Origin: Octopus bimaculoides
Taxonomy: Eukaryota
Assembly (NCBI RefSeq): GCF_001194135.2
Contig: NC_068986.1
Span: 109,664,874 to 109,728,873, forward strand
DNA: 64,000 nt
Reading direction: 5' to 3'
Position 1 is the stretch's first letter; each line of letters starts with the position of its first letter. A program made the translations under genes and the position numbers. A model generated the notes under the pieces. It was not told the origin of the DNA and did not search any database. It saw only the letters and a program-made list of their open reading frames with translations. Positions 49,950 through 63,970 of the stretch are shown here, one piece after another.

Positions 49950-51340
49950 TCATCTCCACCTACAATAAACTTTAACATCAGGTGTAAAAACTATGCAGGT
50001 ATGGAGAAAGCTCAATTTAAACAACAATACTTCAACCAGAATTCCTCTTTCCTAGAAAAGAAGAAATTCAATAAAACTGTCTCATTATGCCTGGAGTTTG
50101 AAAGAACTTGTTTCTCATTTGCACATCAAGTGAAAGATCCACTAGAGGTGCCAACGATACAGAAATGAAGAAAAGCTGTGGGAAAAGCTGTTTAGTTGAG
50201 AAGTACTTCATACTAAAACTTATCAATTATTCTGAAACCACTTAAATGTTGAATCAGAAATCTCCACAAAATGTTGACATTTCTGTAAATACCCACTGAA
50301 ACACTTAAAAAGAACTGAAAAAAACCCCCAAAAAAACTCCAACTGACTGACTACATCAATATTTATAATTCAGCAGGAAAAGATTACATATTCTCTCTAA
50401 TCCCTTTTTCAGTTCTTCAGTCTTAACCCCACAAACAGACACTCTTGATTTCATTAGACTTTATAATAATATAGTCTGATATTCTTAATTAACCCTTTAT
50501 CTTTACAAGCTTATTTCTGTATATAAAAATGAATCAATTTATAACTATTGAAGCAATCATATCTCCTCTATTTTCCTCTCTGCACTTTTTATTTTCAATT
50601 CTAATTTTTGACTTCAGTAATGGTGCAACCAAAGAACCACGGTATCAGAACAATTTTTGAAATTCTCATTATATAGGCTACCTTTACCTGGATCCTCGTT
50701 CTTCAGTTTGTGGCTATCTTTATGTACTTCCAAGATGGCTGGTGCATCCAATTTCCATATGTAGAGAACATAATCTGTAAAGTCTCTGCATAACTCTTTA
50801 GTAAATGAACTATGGTAGAGTAGGTTCACAAAAGGATCATACCTCTGACTGAAGTGAGTCTGTAAGTTCAAAATCACTGCACCTTGACCATTAAAGATCA
50901 TTTTGTTAGTTGATGGGCAGCAACCATTTGTAGACTCATTTGTAGTCAACTTTAAAAGCCAGTACAGTTTTCAGAATCCTTGATAGAAATTTTGCTGCTT
51001 CAAGTCTATAGTAACAATATGCCAGTATTCATTTTATGGTATAGTGTGGCCTTTGCTCTCAGCAAGAAAGTTGATGTTGTGCTAGAAGACCATATCCCCT
51101 CAGTTATCTTGGAGCAGCTAAATGGGAGCTTATATAACAACTGTCAGTCTTGGATGGTAACAAGCAAATGGAGGAAAAATTCTACTGGCAAACATCTGAA
51201 GATGAGGTTTTGGAATGGTTTAAAAATGATGGAGGAGGTCCTGGCAATCAAGTTCTTTCTGATGAAGAAATTTTGAAGGAGGTTCTATGTAGCAAAACAG
51301 GAGAAAAAGAAAGTTATAGCAGAATGAACTAATGTATCTT
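49950..51340 (+). pseudogene. Degenerate pogo/Tigger (CENP-B-like DDE) transposase fossil
   Basis: Collinear relics: INYSETT*..KSP (~50225), E*VHKRIIP (~50815), KIILLVD followed by QPFVDSFVVNFKSQY (~50890-50965) and acidic tail SEDEVLEWFKND..NQVLSDEEIL (~51195-51275). Confidence 0.65.
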
Positions 51341-51945
51341 AAATGAAGAATCTCAGACATAACTACCGACTACAGAGAAATATCTTCTGAGATTGTCTCT
51401 TATTTTGGACAATTTCAGAGGTTCATAATCAAAAAACAATATATGAATGATAAACAGCTAAAGCTGGATACTTTCTTCAAATTACTTTTGCTGTCCCTTT
51501 CACCTTTAATCACCTGAAACATCACAGCTATCAACAACCAAACAGATGACATTAATAACAGCTCTATTTGACCAAATCATATTTCAAAAGAATGAGAAGC
51601 TGAGAATGTCCATCTTCATCAGTTACTGACAAAAGTCTACGACAGTATCACTGGAGTCACAGCAAAATATTCTTCAATTACATTATCAACAAGGTAAGAA
51701 GTTGAAATATGCATATATATATTTCTTAGAATAATTACATTCAAAACAATAAAAAAGGGTTTCCAGCATTCTTTTGAGGAAATGAAATTTTGGCCATGTA
51801 TATAAAATGAAGTCTATAAAGAAAACAAGACAAAAGTGGTAACACAGGTAGAATGGGACAAGTCTAATAAATATTCATCATCATCATCATCTAAGTCTAA
51901 TAAATATTGTATTAGTTTAAAGCTTTTAAAAAAGAAAGAAAAAAG

Positions 51946-51982
51946 TTTTAATGTTTTGGACGTAAGTCCTTCATCAGAAGAA
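51946..51982 (-). ncRNA. Minimal hammerhead-like motif (G12A) in a Penelope-like repeat
   Basis: UUCUU CUGAUGA A GGAC UUAC GUCC AAAA CA UU|AAAA. Perfect 4-bp helix II tetraloop; helix I has one mismatch. Confidence 0.55.
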
Positions 51983-52541
51983 AATTAGAAGAAGAGTAAA
52001 AATGAAAAAGTGGTTGAGGAGAAGGGATAAAAAAAAAAACAGGTAAGGATGTAGGATCCAGGTGTTAATATCATTCTACAGGGAAGAGTTAACAAGGGAG
52101 GAAGGGGTAGACGTGTAAGCATACATATAAGTGTGTATCATTGTTGATATGGGTGAAGGTGAGAGAATGGTGTGAGTGTGTACCTGTATGGCTATGCTCA
52201 TATTAGTGTGTATTTATAAATGTGATGCACACAAGCATGGGTGTGTGAGTTTTCTTCACTTCATTCAACTGCAGAACAATGATTAGCAATGAAATCAATT
52301 ACAAATGTGATTTATTAATTGCATTTCAATGTTGCCGATATATTTCAAGTTAAGGGTGGATGGAGTTTATCTTGTAGATTTATTAGTGATTATCCTGGCT
52401 TCATTTCCTCAGTACCACCCAAAATTCAACAAGATAGAAGCTTAAAATGAGCATGACACGTATAAATAGATAAACAAATATGCGTAGGTATGTGTTTGAG
52501 CACATGTAGATGTGTGTGTATGTATGTGTGAGTGTGTGTGT

Positions 52542-52582
<41 letters not shown>

Positions 52583-52611
52583 TATATACACATACACAAA
52601 AACATACAAAG

Positions 52612-52646
<35 letters not shown>

Positions 52647-52696
52647 AACATACAAATATATATATGCACACAAACATACAAATGTATATATATACA

Positions 52697-52739
<43 letters not shown>

Positions 52740-52762
52740 ATATATATATCTATATCTATCTA

Positions 52763-52808
<46 letters not shown>

Positions 52809-54119
52809 TGAATCAAGTGTATTGGTTTTGCTGTATTTCCTGGTTAAACCAGTCACTTGTTGAGAAAATTGATGCAAAATACTTTCTAATACCTTGGTAG
52901 TATAATAACCAGCGGAGTGGTTACATGCTACTACATCCCTATCTATTACATCTAGAAACACACACACCATAAATATGTATATCTATGTGTGTGTATATAT
53001 ATATATATTTATATATACACACACATACATGTACCGTAATCATGGATAGGTTTTTAACGTTTGAGAGATATGTTAAAACCATTTGAAATATTATCTGATA
53101 AGGAACTCCACACACACACACACACATGTACACACACACACGCACACACACATGTACACACACACACACACACGCACACACACACATACACACACACAGA
53201 AACAAGTATGTACCTATGTATGCCTACGTACATATGTGCATACATGTTTCCTGTTATACACACACACATGTATGTATGTATGATGCAAAGACATGCAAAC
53301 ACACAAACATACATACTTTCATTCATTCATTGGTTCAGAAATCTCCACCTCCCACCCTGATCAGTGAGGCAGACAGACAGACAAGCCAGTGGTTATTACA
53401 AAATGGTAAATAAAACTACACAGACACTGCTGTGTCAATGAGTCACTCCATATATGATAAATAGGTGGGACTTTCAGAGAGGATCTGTGGTGCCATGTCT
53501 AGAAGAGCTGGGTGTTGTGGCTGATCAATTTGGCTGGGCCCGAAGCTCACTGGCTGACGATGACGACTAGAGTCTTGATGGCTAGCAAGATAAAGCTAGA
53601 AGAGTGAAATGTCTCCATAGGATATGGAGCTTCTTGTATTACCAGTTCATGACAAGAAGGAAGCCTCTACATGGTTGACCAACTCGCTAAAAATAGCAGC
53701 CAAATCTCTCAAGCCACAGTAGCATCTTGGAGGTGGGGAAAGAAATTGATAATGCCATCTTTCTTACAAAAGGTCTGAGAAAAAAATAGATGGGATGCTC
53801 ATGGCTGGAATGGTTTTGATCATAGGTCTGCTGATTCAGTGTTGATGGGGGATCTAAACAACATTATAAGTGATTATCTATGCTGTCGTTTGACCTGCTA
53901 GAAATGGCACCCAATAGCCTTCAAATTACATCCTTCAGTCTTGGATAAAGAAGAATGCATTGGAGAATGTAGTTGAATATGTACAAAGAACTGTGATGGT
54001 CATGGTTGGAACTTCATTGATCACAGGTTGGTCCAGGCAAGGTCTGGCACCTTCTCTAACAGGCACTGATCTAATATTACACTGGAACAAACAGAATGAT
54101 ATTAGATCATGCTCTCTAG

Positions 54120-54314
54120 TTATCACAACATCTGTCCTTATGATACCAATTATCGATATAATGGTAAGGAAAACTGCTCAGAAGTTACTTCCGAGATGCT
54201 TAAAATATCTGGTGGTGTAAGATATGGCCTAGTCACTCTTAAAGTCAATCAACTGTACATGAAGGAGTCATACCCAACAACTGTTGTTGGAGCATCATTG
54301 TCAACTGTTACAAG
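54120..54314 (+). CDS. Weak candidate internal exon (195 nt, phase 2-2), product unrecognised
   Basis: ctctctAG| acceptor, AAG|GTAAAG donor, open frame YHNICPYDTNYRYNGKENCSEV...SLSTVT in non-repetitive sequence. No homology recognised. Confidence 0.2.
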
Positions 54315-55301
54315 GTAAAGATGTTTCTCAGCAGAGGTTCTCAACAGGAGCAGTCCTGCCCCCAAGGGTGGCCATGTGGAAGGTGAAGGTGAGGGGTTCA
54401 CATGCTGCTTCCTTCCTTCCTCATCTCCTAATCATTCATCCCCCATTACTCTCCTAACTACTGCGTTATCTTGCTGCTGTTATTAGATGAAAGTGAAACT
54501 ACATATATCTTTTCTACTCTAGGCACGAGGCCTGAAATTTTTGGGGAGAGGGCCAGTCGATGAGACCGACCCCAGTATGACACTGGTACTTATTTTATTG
54601 ACCCTGAAAGGATGAAAGGCAAAGTCAACCTCAGCAGAATTTGAACTCAGAACATAAAGACAGACAAAATATNNNNNNNNNNNNNNNNNNNNNNNNNNNN
54701 NNNNNNNNNNNNNNNNNNNNNNNNNNNNNNNNNNNNNNNNNNNNNNNNNNNNNNNNNNNNNNNNNNNNNNNNNNNNNNNNNNNNNNNNNNNNNCACTGGT
54801 ACTTATTTTATTGACCCTGAAAGGATGAAAGGCAAAGTCAACCTCAGCAGAATTTGAACTCAGAACATAAAGACAGACAAAATATCCCCAAGCATTTCAC
54901 CCGGTGTGCTAACGATTCTGCCAGCTCACCACCTTAAGTGAAGCTACATAAATCCTTATCCTTTACTGTGCTACCAGTCATCACTTCCTCTCCCCTGAAA
55001 CACCTCCTTTGATATCCATCCACCATTCTTAACCTAACACCACCTCCCATTTGTGTGCCATTCTCTTTACCCTGAGCCACTTCTTGTTAATCAGTCTTAA
55101 CACCATCTCATATCTACTACTGACCACCTCCACCTTTGTTGCCCCCTCCCACTCACTACATTCATCCCCTCAACTTCTATACATCACTCACTTTTCTCAC
55201 CACAATCTTGAAATCTTTCCCCACCAATCAGCTCCTTCCCACCTGTCATCTCCCTCCTCTACCTCACCTCTCTCTCTCCTACTTCATTCTTCTATTACTC
55301 G

Positions 55302-55370
<69 letters not shown>

Positions 55371-55911
55371 GATAAATCATTTAACAAAATTCAACTTTGA
55401 AGAATTAAAGAATTAAATCACAAGAATCTTGCCAGAATTATAAGACTTTTAGAGGCAGTTTTTATGTATTATTGTTGCTGTTGCTAGCCTGAGATCAACC
55501 CAAGGTAGATTGATGAATAAAAGACATTCAGGCCATGACCATCCCATCTTTTCTTCCTCATATACAGTGAACCCAAACTGACATTATTCAATGCAATGTC
55601 TATTTTTTGCTTCTAAAACAATCAGCTACAAGTTAAGAAAATTTGGTAACTATTTCTAGCAGATCAAGCAACAGAACAAAGCTTCCTTCCTTGGTTTGTG
55701 CTGATCTTACATGGATAAGATGCAAACTTTAGAACTATTCTGGTGCAGTTCGGCACCAATAAATGTGGTACCCTCTTTTTTACCCCTTCTTTTTCTGCAG
55801 AATTTTTTTTTGTCCATAAATGGGTTTTTGCTCACACCCCTGCTGGCCAAACTAAATATTTGCTCTCAGCCCATGCTGCTTGCTTTAAAAAACAGTACGC
55901 AGCAAGATTAT

Positions 55912-55946
<35 letters not shown>

Positions 55947-56192
55947 AAGTGTTCAAAAAGTCTCTCCGCAGTAAATTTTTTTTATCCTCTGCATCTTTTT
56001 TGAAGACATCATCAACACTGAGAGATATAGCTCAAATATTGTCCATCCATTTCTAGGCCAATTCACTGAAAGTGGAATTAATAATGTATACTTTCAGCAA
56101 GATGGAGCTAGAGCACATTCTTCACACATCACCTTATAAATATTTATTTTGCAATAAAATATTTACTGCAGAGAGACTTTTTGAACACTCTG
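55947..56192. mobile_element. Tc1/mariner-like MITE
   Basis: ~28-bp TIRs gtgttcaaaaagtctctccgcagtaaa / tttactgcagagagactttttgaacac; lone TIR at ~29021-29050. Confidence 0.8.
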
Positions 56193-56409
56193 TGTGTGTG
56201 TATATANNNNNNNNNNATCTGGGTACAGGACGTTGCAAAAAAAACGTGGACAAAATGGTAAACAGAGTATGGAAAACACACAGGCCACATAGAGAACATT
56301 TCCTTCATCAGCTGCCACCATTCTAAAACTAAGCGTTTCGAAGAGTTAGGGCAGGACGCATTGTTAGAATGGCTCTTCCCATGCACCACAAATTAAATTT
56401 ATACCATGG

Positions 56410-56470
<61 letters not shown>

Positions 56471-57050
56471 TAGTGAGAGAGAAAGAGAGAGAGAGAGAGA
56501 AAGAGAAAGAGAGAGAAACAGAATGAAAGCATGAGCATATGTGCATAAACAGTTATCACTTATTTGATATACAGAAACAGATTTAAAGAAGTATACATGT
56601 ATATATGTTAGGAGTATATATATACACACACACATACACACACACACACACACACATATGCTAAACCTGCCCACCCCCTCCAATCTCTGAGGAAACTAGG
56701 TGTGGTCTGTACAGAGAAAAATAATAAAGTTCATAAATTTGGATAAGCATACTTTAGTCAGGCATAATATATGAATGTGTGGAGGTGCATGGCCTAGTGG
56801 TTAGGGTGTTGCACCCACAATCGCTAGACCATGGGTTCAATTCCCAGACCAAGTGGCACATTGTGTTCTTGAACAAAACACTTCATTTCATGTTGCTCCA
56901 ATTCACCTTTCAGTCAGGCGATGGGGTGGGGTGGATATTGGCCTACTTGGCTAGTCAGTGGGGTGGCCTCATTCAGAGGCTAAAACAATGCAAAGTGCAC
57001 TGTGACCAGTGATGTGTAACAACATCTGGTAGTCTGATCACATGATCACA

Positions 57051-57093
<43 letters not shown>

Positions 57094-57233
57094 GGTGTGG
57101 CTGTGTGGTAAGAAGCTTGCTTCCCAGCAACATAGTTCTGGGTTCAGTCCCACTGCGTGGCATCTTGGGCAAATGTTTTCTACTATAGCCTTCATGAGTG
57201 GATTTGGTAGACAGAAACTGACAGAAACCTGTC

Positions 57234-57271
<38 letters not shown>

Positions 57272-57852
57272 ATGTATTTGTGTTTGTCCCCCCACCCCAC
57301 CATCACNNNNNNNNNNNNNNNNNNNNNNNNNNNNNNNNNNNNNNNNNNNNNNNNNNNNNNNNNNNNNNNNNNNNNNNNNNNNGTCACTTAGCGGTTCAGC
57401 AAAAAGTGACCAATAGAATAAGTACTAGACTTACAAAGAATAAGTCTTGGGATCAATTTGTTCAACTAAAGGCGGTGCTCCAGCATGGCCGCAGTCAAAT
57501 GACTGAAACAAGTAAAAGAGTACATACACACACACACATACATACACACATGTATGTTAGTATGCATGCATGTGTGTACAGTCACATTTCACATTTGTGT
57601 CCGTCTGTATGGTTACTTCTGCTCTTCTCTGAAAATCTGAGTTATAAGCAGTGAGGTAGAGGCATTTATCTGGTCAGCAAATCATCCATGGGTGTTATCT
57701 TTGAAGAATTGTGAAATAAGAGACCCATTACTTGAGAGACAAATATAAGTTAGTGACAGGAAAGGCATCCAACTTAAGATGTTAATAATATTATACATCT
57801 TTCCTATGCAAATGTGGAAAAATAGACATAAAACTGAAAGAATGAAGAATAA

Positions 57853-57892
<40 letters not shown>

Positions 57893-60800
57893 CTCTTCTA
57901 TCTTATTCTGTCTCATATTCAGACACGTAAAATACACCGCCACACATAAAATACATCATTTCAAGCGTGACCGTTGATCGTTACCAACGTCGCCTCCCTG
58001 GCACATGAAAAGACATTACCAATGGACTGGCTCCTGTGCAGGTGGCACGTAAAATGCACCATTTTGAGCATGGCCGTCGCCAGTACCGACTGACTGGCCC
58101 TCGTGCCGGTGGCACGTAAAAGCACCCACTACATTCTCGGAGTGGTTGACATTAGGAAGGGCATCCAGCTGTAGAAACTCTTCCAAATCAGATTGGAGCC
58201 TGGTGTCGCCGCCTGGTCCACCAGTCCTCAGTCAAATCGTCCAACCCCGGCTAGCATGGAATGCGGACGTTAAACGATGATGATGATGATTCACAATGTA
58301 TCTTTCTTTCTCTTTTTCTCTCTCCCTTTCCAGGTGAGCAAGCCATGCATTCATCTCTCCAACAAGACACCAGCTCCTCTCCCTCTATCAAACTTTCTTA
58401 TTCCTCCTGTCTATATCCTGCTCAGTTGAGCAGTCTTATCTTGCAGATACTCGACGTCCTCACTGGTGCTGGTACCACATAAAAAAACACCCAGTACACT
58501 CTGTTGAGTCTCTGACATTAGGAAAGGCACACAGTTATAGAAACCATGCCGAAGCAGACGTAGAACCTGGTGGAGCACTTTGGCTCATCTGTTCTTTTCA
58601 AACCATCCAACCCTTACCAGCATGGAAAGAGGGTGTTAAGTGATGGTGATGGTTGTGATACATATATATACATACATATATATGATAGGCTTCTGCTAAT
58701 TTCATTCACAGGAAGACATTTGCTCAAAGGTGTCCAGCAGGAGGATTGAACCAAAGACCACATGGAATCAAAGTGAACTTAACTACTTATCCATACCTTT
58801 GCCCCCTGTCAGACAGACATACAGAGACACTTATTCTCCTGCCGTTACACACTTGAAATGGGTATACATATGTAGAGATTTCTGCATATACATACATGCA
58901 TACATAAACACACACACATGCAGAGTGAAGGAGAGAGAGACACAGACAGAGAGAGGGGAAAGAGATGCCAGTATTTTTATGTGTGCTCACACTGTAAGAC
59001 TTAATTATCATGCCTTAATGAACAGAATGAAGTCACACAAAACGAGTTCTGTGTATGTGAAATTACTGCTGCAACAATAGTGATTCTGTGTATACCAAGG
59101 GCCTTTGGTATCATGGAGGAAAAGAAGATGGCAGCGATGGGGGTCAGGCAGGGAGGTGATTAGAGCTTCTGCTAAAACATTCATTATCAGACACGACCAG
59201 TGGTATGGAATATAAGGTCCATAGTTGAACATAGAACTGAACTAAACTGACACAACTGGCGAGTTTGTTCCATTTGCTGTGCTTTTTCCCCCTCCTTCAA
59301 TCTTTCACGATAAAAGATCCTGTGTTTATATTTCTCTGCTGCACAGAAGCAAGTAGTTTGATTACTAAACGGATGGCTTCAACGAAAAGCATGTTATATA
59401 AACTGTAATATCACACACTCAACGGGGTGTGTGTGTGTACATGTGCGTGCGTGGGGGCACACGCCTGTGAGTTATGTATGTAAATATGAGTCTAATGTGA
59501 CAGGATGTGTGTGTGTGTCTTTATGAAGAAACTTTTGTGAGATGTATTTAATTAATTATACATACAGAGAAACAGATATATATACATATATATATATATA
59601 TCCATATCCATATATATATATANNNNNNNNNNNNNNNNNNNNNNNNNNNNNNNNNNNNNNNNNNNNNNNNNNNNNNNNNNNNNNNNNNNNNNNNNNNNNN
59701 NNNNNNNNNNNNNNNNNNNNNNNNNNNNNNNNNNNNNNNNNNNNNNNNNNNNNNNNNNNNNNNNNNNNNNNNNNNNNNNNNNNNNNNNNNNNNNNNNNNN
59801 NNNNNNNNNNNNNNNNNNNNNNNNNNNNNNNNNNNNNNNNNNNNNNNNNNNNNNNNNNNNNNNNNNNNNNNNNNNNNNNNNNNNNNNNNNNNNNNNNNNN
59901 NNNNNNNNNNNNNNNNNNNNNNNNNNNNNNNNNNNNNNNNNNNNNNNNNNNNNNNNNNNNNNNNNNNNNNNNNNNNNNNNNNNNNNNNNNNNNNNNNNNN
60001 NNNNNNNNNNNNNNNNNNNNNNNNNNNNNNNNNNNNNNNNNNNNNNNNNNNNNNNNNNNNNNNNNNNNNNNNNNNNNNNNNNNNNNNNNNNNNNNNNNNN
60101 NNNNNNNNNNNNNNNNNNNNNNNNNNNNNNNNNNNNNNNNNNNNNNNNNNNNNNNNNNNNNNNNNNNNNNNNNNNNNNNNNNNNNNNNNNNNNNNNNNNN
60201 NNNNNNNNNNNNNNNNNNNNNNNNNNNNNNNNNNNNNNNNNNNNNNNNNNNNNNNNNNNNNNNNNNNNNNNNNNNNNNNNNNNNNNNNNNNNNNNNNNNN
60301 NNNNNNNNNNNNNNNNNNNNNNNNNNNNNNNNNNNNTATATATATAAGGATAGCAATGGCAGAACCATTAAAAACTTGGAACAAAAACTTCTTGCACTAC
60401 TTATCTAAGCTCCTTAAGTTCTGCTTTCAAATCCCACTAAAATCAAATTTACTTTTCAACTTTCTGGGGTTGATGAAATAAAAGTACCAATACCAATGAA
60501 GAACTGGTGTTGATTTACTTGACTAAACAGTCTGCTGCTGTGTTTGATTTTACTCTCATTGCTCTTGCAATGACACTGGTTCCAAATTGTAGCCAAATTT
60601 TCTCCTAAACGTTTCCTCCCCCCTTCTCTCTCTCATCATAGATGGCAGAGAGAGAGAGAGAGAGAGAGTGGGGGATCATTTGGCATGGCCTAGAGTTGGT
60701 CTCCCACAGAACCTTGACCTGGCCTACACCCTGGACGACGCGACACTCTAGCATTGCTTTACTGGACTCTAGAAACTCAGATTGAAGTAAATCGTTCCAG

Positions 60801-61251
60801 GGGCAGATCCATGGTCATACAATACATGCCTGCCAAAGAATACATACATATATACATAAGTGTGTGGGTGGGTGTGTATTTGTGTGTGTGTCTGTGTAGG
60901 CATGGCTTCCAAATGTGCAAGCATGCCATAAGTAGTAAACAAGTTTGCTTCATAACCACTTTATTTTAGGTTCAGTCCTACTGTGTGACACCTTGGGCAA
61001 GTGTCTTCTGCTATAGACCCAGGCTGACCAAAACATTGTGATAGGATTTAGTAGATAGAAACTAAAAGGAAGCTCACTGATTATATTTGTAATAAGTAAG
61101 GGGCTGGCTTTGAGGTTGAGAAGTTTGTTTTCCAACCCCATGCACTCTCAGGTAAGAGTTTCGTCGTGCAACGCCTTCAGCGAACATTTACTTTAGCACC
61201 TGACTAATCAAAGACTTGTGAGTGAATTTAGGAGACAGAAACTGAAAGAAG

Positions 61252-61295
<44 letters not shown>

Positions 61296-61970
61296 CAGAG
61301 AGAGAGTGAGTGAGTGTGTTTAAGGTGTATGTATCCTGGTTTTTACAATAGACAAACTGTATCTCTGCCAGTTGTAAGCAACACTTGAAAGGATTGATAC
61401 CAGGAAGGGCATCTGGCCTTAAAACAGTACTTTAAAAAGTCTCAGCCAACTCATGCTGTTACAGGAAAGTGGATGTAAACTCTATATTTATAGGTGTGTG
61501 TGTGTCTAACGAGGAAAACAGTGCTCAACATATAGGGTAGAGTTTATTTGTATAGAGTTGATGACTCACATCACTGCTATTGGCAGTTTTACAGAATTCA
61601 TTCATTCAAGTTTTCCTTTATATTGTCAAAATGGTCTTCACAAAACTCAGAGTAGCTGCTCCAGAGAAAATATTATATATACACAAGTATGTGTACACGT
61701 ATATTGTATGAATGTATATTCAAACACAAAAGAGGTGACCATAACAGGACGTCTTACATGCTAGAAGGAACAGTTAAAATCCAAACCATGGTTTAAGAGC
61801 AATTTCGAAACCTAGGTATGGGAGGTAAATTTTGTAAATGTTTTTATTTTTCATTCCCTTAACTTATTCTATTGGTCTCTTTTGCTGTACAGCTAAGTTA
61901 CAGGATGTAAACACACCAGCATCAGTTGTCAAGCGATGGTGGGGGGACAAACACACACACACAAACATAT

Positions 61971-62034
<64 letters not shown>

Positions 62035-63254
62035 GATGGGCTTCTTTCAGTTTCCGTCTACCAAATCCACTCACAACGCTTTGGTCGGCCCGAGGCTATA
62101 GTAGAAGACACTTGCTCAAGGTGCTACGCAGTGGGAATGAACCCGGAACCATGTAGCTGATAAGCAAGCTACTTACCACACAGCCACTCCCACACCTCTG
62201 AGTAGCTGCTCAAGAAAAAATCATATATATACACAAGTATGTGTACACGTATATTATATGAATGTATATTTAAACACAAAAGAGGTGATCATAACAGGAC
62301 TATATGGAAAATATGTTGTCTATTGACTATTTTATACATGCTAGGCCACTAGTAGAAAAATTTTTTTTTTAATTTTCCCTACCCTGTATATTTTCTTAAT
62401 ACGAATGTATATGTGTCTATGACTGATGCTTTCCAAACAACTTACACATGCAAGTGCTACCAGTCGAAAGTTCCACATACCGGAAGCCAGCAAGTGTATG
62501 GGGCCATCAGGAGAGAATGCATGCCGTTTCGGGGCCTACCTCTTGGTGGCATCATTGCGCACCAGCCCCCACTCACTGACATGAAACCCTGCTTGCTAGG
62601 TCAACTGGTTATCAAATACAGCTCGCACAAATATATGTTTTAATAACTCCCAAGGGATTCCATATCAGGCCCCATAATTAATGTCGTATATTTACAAGAA
62701 ACATTTCCCCTGTGGACCATCCAACGGTTGTACCACAAAGTAGCTTTAAGCAAATAATTCGTTATTTACTTCTGGCAGGTGAGGGAAGTGAAGCAGAACA
62801 GAATAATGTGTGTTGTTCAGATATACATCACAGCACCCTGCTGTTGAATAGTTTACTCAACATTTATGAGCCGTTGGTACTCAACACATACAACCAGTCA
62901 TTTTACACACACACACACACACACACATGCATACACACACATACATACATACATACACATGCACACAGCCAAGTCCCGATGGTGATGAAGGGCTGATGTC
63001 ATGACTTAAGTGTTTGTAGTCCTGTTGGAACCCACTCCTCTTCAGGGTGGACCACAGCTAATTTCTTCAAGAAAGAGAAGAACCTAAATCCCAGCGCATG
63101 ACTGGTACTTCATCACCCTTGAAAGGATGAAAGGGAAAGTTAAAGGTAAAGGTAAACAATACAGGGATTTGAACTCAGAGTGCAGAGAATCAGAACAAAT
63201 AATGCAAGGCAACAACTTCCAATACTGCAACAATACAGCTGATTCACACACACA

Positions 63255-63275
63255 GTAGTAGTAGTAGTGGTAGTG

Positions 63276-63329
<54 letters not shown>

Positions 63330-63330
63330 A

Positions 63331-63372
<42 letters not shown>

Positions 63373-63415
63373 CAGTAGTAGTAGTAGTAGTAGTTGTGGT
63401 GGTAGTAGTAGTAGT
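63255..63415. repeat. (AGT)n microsatellite
   Basis: Direct reading; a similar array lies at 45540-45590. Confidence 0.97.
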
Positions 63416-63936
63416 TTCTGATGTAGACACATACAGACATACGTTACATATGAAGAACAAACATTAGCCGATATAGAACTCAACACAGGATACAGAGTAT
63501 TGTCCCAAAATATCTAGAGTAAAGTCATAGTCAAGTTAAATAAAACTAACAGCAGTTAACTACTGCACTGATTTTAAAATGGTAATGCCCACAAAGGTAG
63601 TGCTCCAGCATGACCAGAGTCTTATGATTATAACTAGTAAAAGAATATATGCTTGCATAATTTTGGGGTGCAAAAACATGGAAGCCTTCTGTCAAAAGGT
63701 TAGGAGTGTGTTAAGCCTAAGACAGGCTTGTGTTTATTTATACATACATCTATACATATATACACACATATACAAAACATACATGCATAAAGGAATATAC
63801 ACATGTTTGTTTAATGTTAGTGCAGTGATACACACACACACATGTATACATACCAATCTTACATGTAGAAATAAATATAAAACTTCTTTCCAAGACAACA
63901 CATATTCTGTATGTCTATGTATTTATGTAACTGTAT

Positions 63937-63970
<34 letters not shown>

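Noticed and set aside
54580-54885. Tandem duplication of a SINE segment
   Set aside because: Identical ~92-nt copies sit on either side of an N-gap, typical of a contig-overlap artefact.
56300-56345. Circularly permuted (type II-like) hammerhead on the minus strand: GAAACG...CUGAUGA
   Set aside because: Both half-cores are present but helices I and II do not pair convincingly and there is no proper NUH. It may be a junction of tandem units, so it was not counted.
60690-60830. Minus-strand AMLECRVVQGVGQVKVLWE resembling an Ig strand
   Set aside because: No usable acceptor in frame and the remainder of the domain is absent.
63020-63046. Minus-strand CUGAAGA-GGAG-UGGG-UUCC hairpin
   Set aside because: Followed by AACAGG, not GAAA.
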